In this document: one piece after another, positions 39,854 to 45,041 of the stretch
How positions within the stretch are numbered: the first letter of the stretch is position 1
Layout of the letters: every line of letters begins with the position of its first letter
From: Tubiluchus corallicola
Lineage: Eukaryota > Animalia > Priapulida
Assembly (NCBI GenBank): GCA_030141605.1
Contig: JAQGDQ010001113.1
Location: forward strand, 16,769-61,809
Length of the DNA: 45,041 nt
Reading direction: 5' to 3'
Position numbers and translations under genes: made by a program
The notes under the pieces: model-generated
The model's database searches: none
Seen by the model: only the letters and a program-made list of their open reading frames with translations
Told to the model about the DNA's origin: nothing

Positions 39854-41141
39854 GAAGCCCTATCAATGTACATCTCTACCTTCACATGTTTGTGAAGCTA
39901 ATTCTCAGTGTAAAATCATGTAGAAACCTACTCCAACATTGAAGCCCCATGAATGTACATCTTTACCTTTCAAGGCCGTAGTCGGCGGTCCGGCCGGTCC
40001 GGCCGGTCCGGCCATGGCCGGACCACTTTTTCTGCCATACGTGCCTAGACATTCTCAGCCCTGCGTAGAGTAAAAACTTATTTGCGGAGTACGATGACTC
40101 AAACTAGACTGAACAATCTCATGACTTTGCATGTACATATGGATAGAACAGACGCTCTCAACCTGAAGGAAATTGCGAACGAGTTTACTGCTAGAAATGA
40201 GCGGCGCAGATGTGTGTTTGGAAGTTTTAATCAATCATGTCATCATTGAGTATGTGTAGTGCTCTATTATATTATAACTCTGTATTATAAATTATAATAT
40301 ACTCTTTTATATGTTGCTGCTGTATTCTTTTTCTACCTGTTCCGTATCTGTGGCCGGACCACTTTTCAAAAGCCGACTACGGCCCTGCCTTTACATGTTT
40401 TGGAAACTAATTCTCAATGTATAATCATGTAGAAACCTACTCCAACATTGAAGCCCTATGAATGTACATCTCTACCTTCACATGTTTTGGAAACTATTCC
40501 TCAGGGTATAATCATGTAGAAACTTACTGCAACATTGAAGCCCCATGAATGTACATCTCTACCTTCACATGTTTTGGAAACTATTCCTCAGGGTATAATC
40601 ATGTAGAAACTTACTCCAACATTGAAGCCCCATGAATGTACATCTCTACCTTCACATGTTTTGGAAACTAATTCTCAATGTATAATCATGTAGAAACTTA
40701 CTCCAACATTGAGGTCCTATCAATGTACATCTCTACCTTCACATGTTTTGGAAACTAATTCTCAATGTATAATCATGTAGAAACTTACTCCAACATTGAG
40801 GCCCTATCAATGTACATCTCTACCTTCACATGTTTTGGAAACTATTCCTCAGGGTATAATCATGTAGAAACTTACTCCAACATCGAGGCCCTATCAATGT
40901 ACATCTCTACCTTCACATGTTTTGGAAGCTAATTCTCAGTGTATAATCATGTAGAAACTTACTCCAACATTGAGGCCCTATCAATGTACATCTCTACCTT
41001 CACATGTTTTGGAAGCTAATTCTCAGGGTATAATCATGTAGAAACTTACTCCAACATCGAGGCCCTATCAATGTACATCTCTACCTTCACATGTTTTGGA
41101 AGCTAATTCTTATGGTATAATCGTGTAGAAATTACTCCAAC
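39854..41141. repeat. 87-bp tandem repeat, 10 copies, interrupted by hAT element
   Basis: Unit starts at 39854, 39941, then after the insertion 40450, 40537, 40624 and onward. Confidence 0.96.
39971..40387 (+). mobile_element. 417-bp non-autonomous hAT derivative retaining the transposase C-terminal dimerisation region
   Basis: 16-bp TIRs CAAGGCCGTAGTCGGC / GCCGACTACGGCCCTG and TSD CCTTT. 40049-40249 encodes TFSALRRVKTYLRSTMTQTRLNNLMTLHVHMDRTDALNLKEIANEFTARNERRRCVFGSF, the hATC motif. Confidence 0.92.
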
Positions 41142-41355
41142 ACAGTATGCAGGTTATATGCAGGCTAACAACATAAATTGTGCCATAAAGGCAATATGCA
41201 GGTTAACAACATAAAATAGTGCCATAAAGGCAATATCCAAACTTTTTTAAAACAAAATATACAAAAATGTCATGCAGTCTTTGAAGACTGAGCAAATTCC
41301 TATGTTATGGTGTCAATTTCGTCCACTTACGCCAATTTAAAAAAAATCAGAAGGA

Positions 41356-41522
41356 GTTTACAAATCCCCACACAATTTAAAAATACCCTAATCCTATCTC
41401 TAACTCCAAACTTAACCCTAATCCGCTTCACGAACTAATTTAGGTTAAGGTTAGGATTAGGGTTAGTGTTGGAGTTAGGCATAGGATTAGGGTATTTAAA
41501 TTTTGTGGGAAATTGTAAATTT
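41356..41522. repeat. Inverted repeat (about 65-bp arms) of degenerate CCCTAA/TTAGGG-like hexamers
   Basis: aaataccctaatcctat pairs with ataggattagggtattt; tttacaaatccccaca pairs with tgtgggaaattgtaaa. Confidence 0.8.
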
Positions 41523-41876
41523 TAGCAAAAAATCTTCTTGCAACTTTACCAGCTTGCAATTTTTCAAAAATGTCATTTACCAAGATGAAATTCATCGAAA
41601 TCAATTTCGTCCATCTGCGTCGCCTAATCACCAACTTCTAACGCAATTCATAACCAACTGCTACCATTTCATTAATGTTATTTTCTTCCAAATTTGCATG
41701 TTTATAAATTGTGAGTAACGAGGACGTTCTACTGCATGATTTTCACAAAATTTAATAGAATTCTGCGCGCGCAGCATGAAAATCTCATACATACCCAATC
41801 ACGTTTACTTCTTTGATCTTCCCCTTTGGTTCTTTTTCGTCACCTCTGCCCCTCTCCCTGGCTTCTCAATGATTAG

Positions 41877-41964
41877 TTTGTCAAGCTAAAAGGTGAACCG
41901 TCAGACGGCCTCATTAACTTGGAAAGTACCAGAAAGTTATCGATCAAGCTCATCAACAACCCAG
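41877..41964 (+). CDS. Candidate exon (last one recognised; gene appears to continue)
   Basis: Long pyrimidine tract then attag|, donor cag|GTGACC. FVKLKGEPSDGLINLESTRKLSIKLINNP, stop-free, phase 0 to 1. Confidence 0.6.
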
Positions 41965-42263
41965 GTGACCCGTTTCACCTTTGCAATTTCTGCAATTACC
42001 AATCAGGCAATTTCTAATCTTAACTTCACTTCCTCGCCATGCATTCATTTGCAAGTTGTGCTAACGTTTCGCACGTTGTGGCTGTTTCTCTCTCTCTCTC
42101 TGGAGTTTGGTGCTGAAAAAACGTGTACCAAAAAATCTCATGATAGAGAACTTCGTGTGCAACTTTTCGTGTGAATCCATCAATAAAACAGAAGAACGTC
42201 TAATTGGTGAAAAGCAAACTGCATGAAAATAACTGCAATAACTTCGCTTGAAGACCTGTAAGG

Positions 42264-42531
42264 ACAAGAAGACGTTTCAGGTAGAGCCTCGTCTACAGCA
42301 AACTCCAACAATGACATACGTGAACAATGCTAGCATTGTTGCTGTTTATGGTTGACGAGCCACAGCTGAAATCATTGTTTTCAATTTTTATGTAAACTGC
42401 TATCAAAGTTGTGGGAAAAGATAGTTTCGCTTTGACTCGTCAATCATAAACAGCAGCAATGCTAACATTGTTTAAGTATGTCATTGTTGGAGTTTGCTGT
42501 AGGTGAGACACTACTTGAAGCGTCTTCTTGT
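42264..42531. mobile_element. Foldback/MITE-like element, about 105-bp inverted arms
   Basis: ctacagcaaactccaacaatgacatac pairs with gtatgtcattgttggagtttgctgtag. Ends acaagaagacg / cgtcttcttgt. Confidence 0.8.
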
Positions 42532-43031
42532 GAAAACAGGTTTTGAAATTAAGATTCTCTCTTTTAAGAAACGCTTATTTTTTTTCAAAACTCGGGAAAA
42601 TTCGAGAGTGGTGTGAGCTATTAAATGATTAGTTTTTAGATTGGTTTACTTGGTGTTTTCAGGTGTTTGTGTAAAATAAATCTTCCATCATTGGTTAGAA
42701 TTCATTTTGTTTCTTTGGAGGTTCCAGTTTTATCGGATCCTGATCTTAAGTTACTAACAAAACTTATTTTGTTCTAATGTATGCACTGATGAAAATGTAA
42801 TGTTAATTGTCAATTGTTTCACTTATCTGGAGGAGGACTCGAAAGCTCAATGCTCCTTCCCCCGCCTTACTCGCATAGTTTATTTATTTTTTTCAATTTT
42901 ATATCAATTTATATGTATGTTTGAGTTGCTGTGGAATAAATTCATAATTCATAATTCATTGAAACACGTTTGATATTCAAGCGATTGGTCTGATTCATTC
43001 GATTTATCAGATGCTCTGTTTATTGATGGTT

Positions 43032-44231
<1,200 letters not shown>

Positions 44232-44257
44232 TCGAAGATTTTTTTCATGTTTATAGA

Positions 44258-44900
44258 TGTTAGTACTTGAAGTACATATTAGTACTTGAAGTACAATTTA
44301 GAACTTGAAGTACATGTTAGTACTTGAAGTACATGTTAGAGCTTGAAGTACATGTTAGTACTTGAAGTACATGTTAGTACTTGAAGTACAATTTAGAACT
44401 TGAAGTACATGTTAGTACTTGAAGTACATGTTACTACTTGAAGTACATGTTAGTACTTGAAGACCATGTTAGTACTTGAAGTACATGTTAGTACTTGAAG
44501 TACAATTTAGAACTTGAAGTACATGTTAGTACTTGAAGTACATGTTAGTACTTGAAATGCATGTTAGTACTTAAAGCACATGTTAGTACTTGAAGTACAT
44601 GTTAGTACTTGAAGTACAATTTAGAACTTGAAGTACATGTTAGTACTTGAAGTACAATTTAAAACTTGAAGTACATGTTAGTACTTGAAGCACATGTTAG
44701 TACTTGAAGTACAATTTAGAACTTGAAGTATATGTTAGTACTTGAAGTACAATTTAGAACTTGAAGTACATGTTAGTACTTGAAGTACAATTTAGAACTT
44801 GAAGTACATGTTAGTACTTGAAGTACAATTTAGAGCTTGAAGTACATGTTAGTACTTGAAGTACAATTTAGAACTTGAAGTACATGTTAGTACTTGAAAT
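44258..44900. repeat. 19-bp palindromic minisatellite, about 34 copies
   Basis: TGTTAGTACTTGAAGTACA and ATTTAGAACTTGAAGTACA. Core GTACTT-G-AAGTAC. Confidence 0.96.
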
Positions 44901-44984
44901 ATGTTCTTGTTAACTGTGTCAGACAAATTTATTTCCCGTTTGCAATATTATTGAACATCTCATGCGTTGAGAAGCTACGGCTCC

Positions 44985-45041
44985 ATGTGCGTGATTCGTA
45001 ATGCGTGGTCCGTAATGCGTGGTGCGTATTCAGACAATTGT
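44985..45041 (+). mobile_element. Start of second CGTAATGCG element (truncated by window end)
   Basis: gcgtgattcgtaatgcgtggtccgtaatgcgtggtgcgt matches 11846-11875 and the reverse complement of 12222-12240. Confidence 0.55.

Overview
AT-rich eukaryotic genomic DNA dominated by microsatellites, minisatellite/satellite arrays and non-autonomous transposons. Nearly every ORF in the supplied track is a repeat artefact. Between the repeats, I traced by hand about 22 short + strand exons (about 1491-41964) bounded by AG/GT splice signals. Their phases match across most junctions, and they read as one continuous protein only if TAA/TAG are sense codons (about 23 in-frame TAA/TAG, no frameshifts). A few exon-like stretches also carry an in-frame TGA. 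This points to a non-standard nuclear genetic code; pseudogenisation and RNA editing are the alternatives. I do not recognise the protein. The chain is unresolved at about 9.8-12.3 kb, 18.3-24.7 kb and 39.3-41.9 kb. Five tandem arrays start at exon 3' ends or donor sites. One 147-bp satellite derives from a LINE ORF2 C-terminus, and a hAT-derived element with a 5-bp TSD sits inside an 87-bp array. In translations below, x = TAA/TAG and * = TGA.
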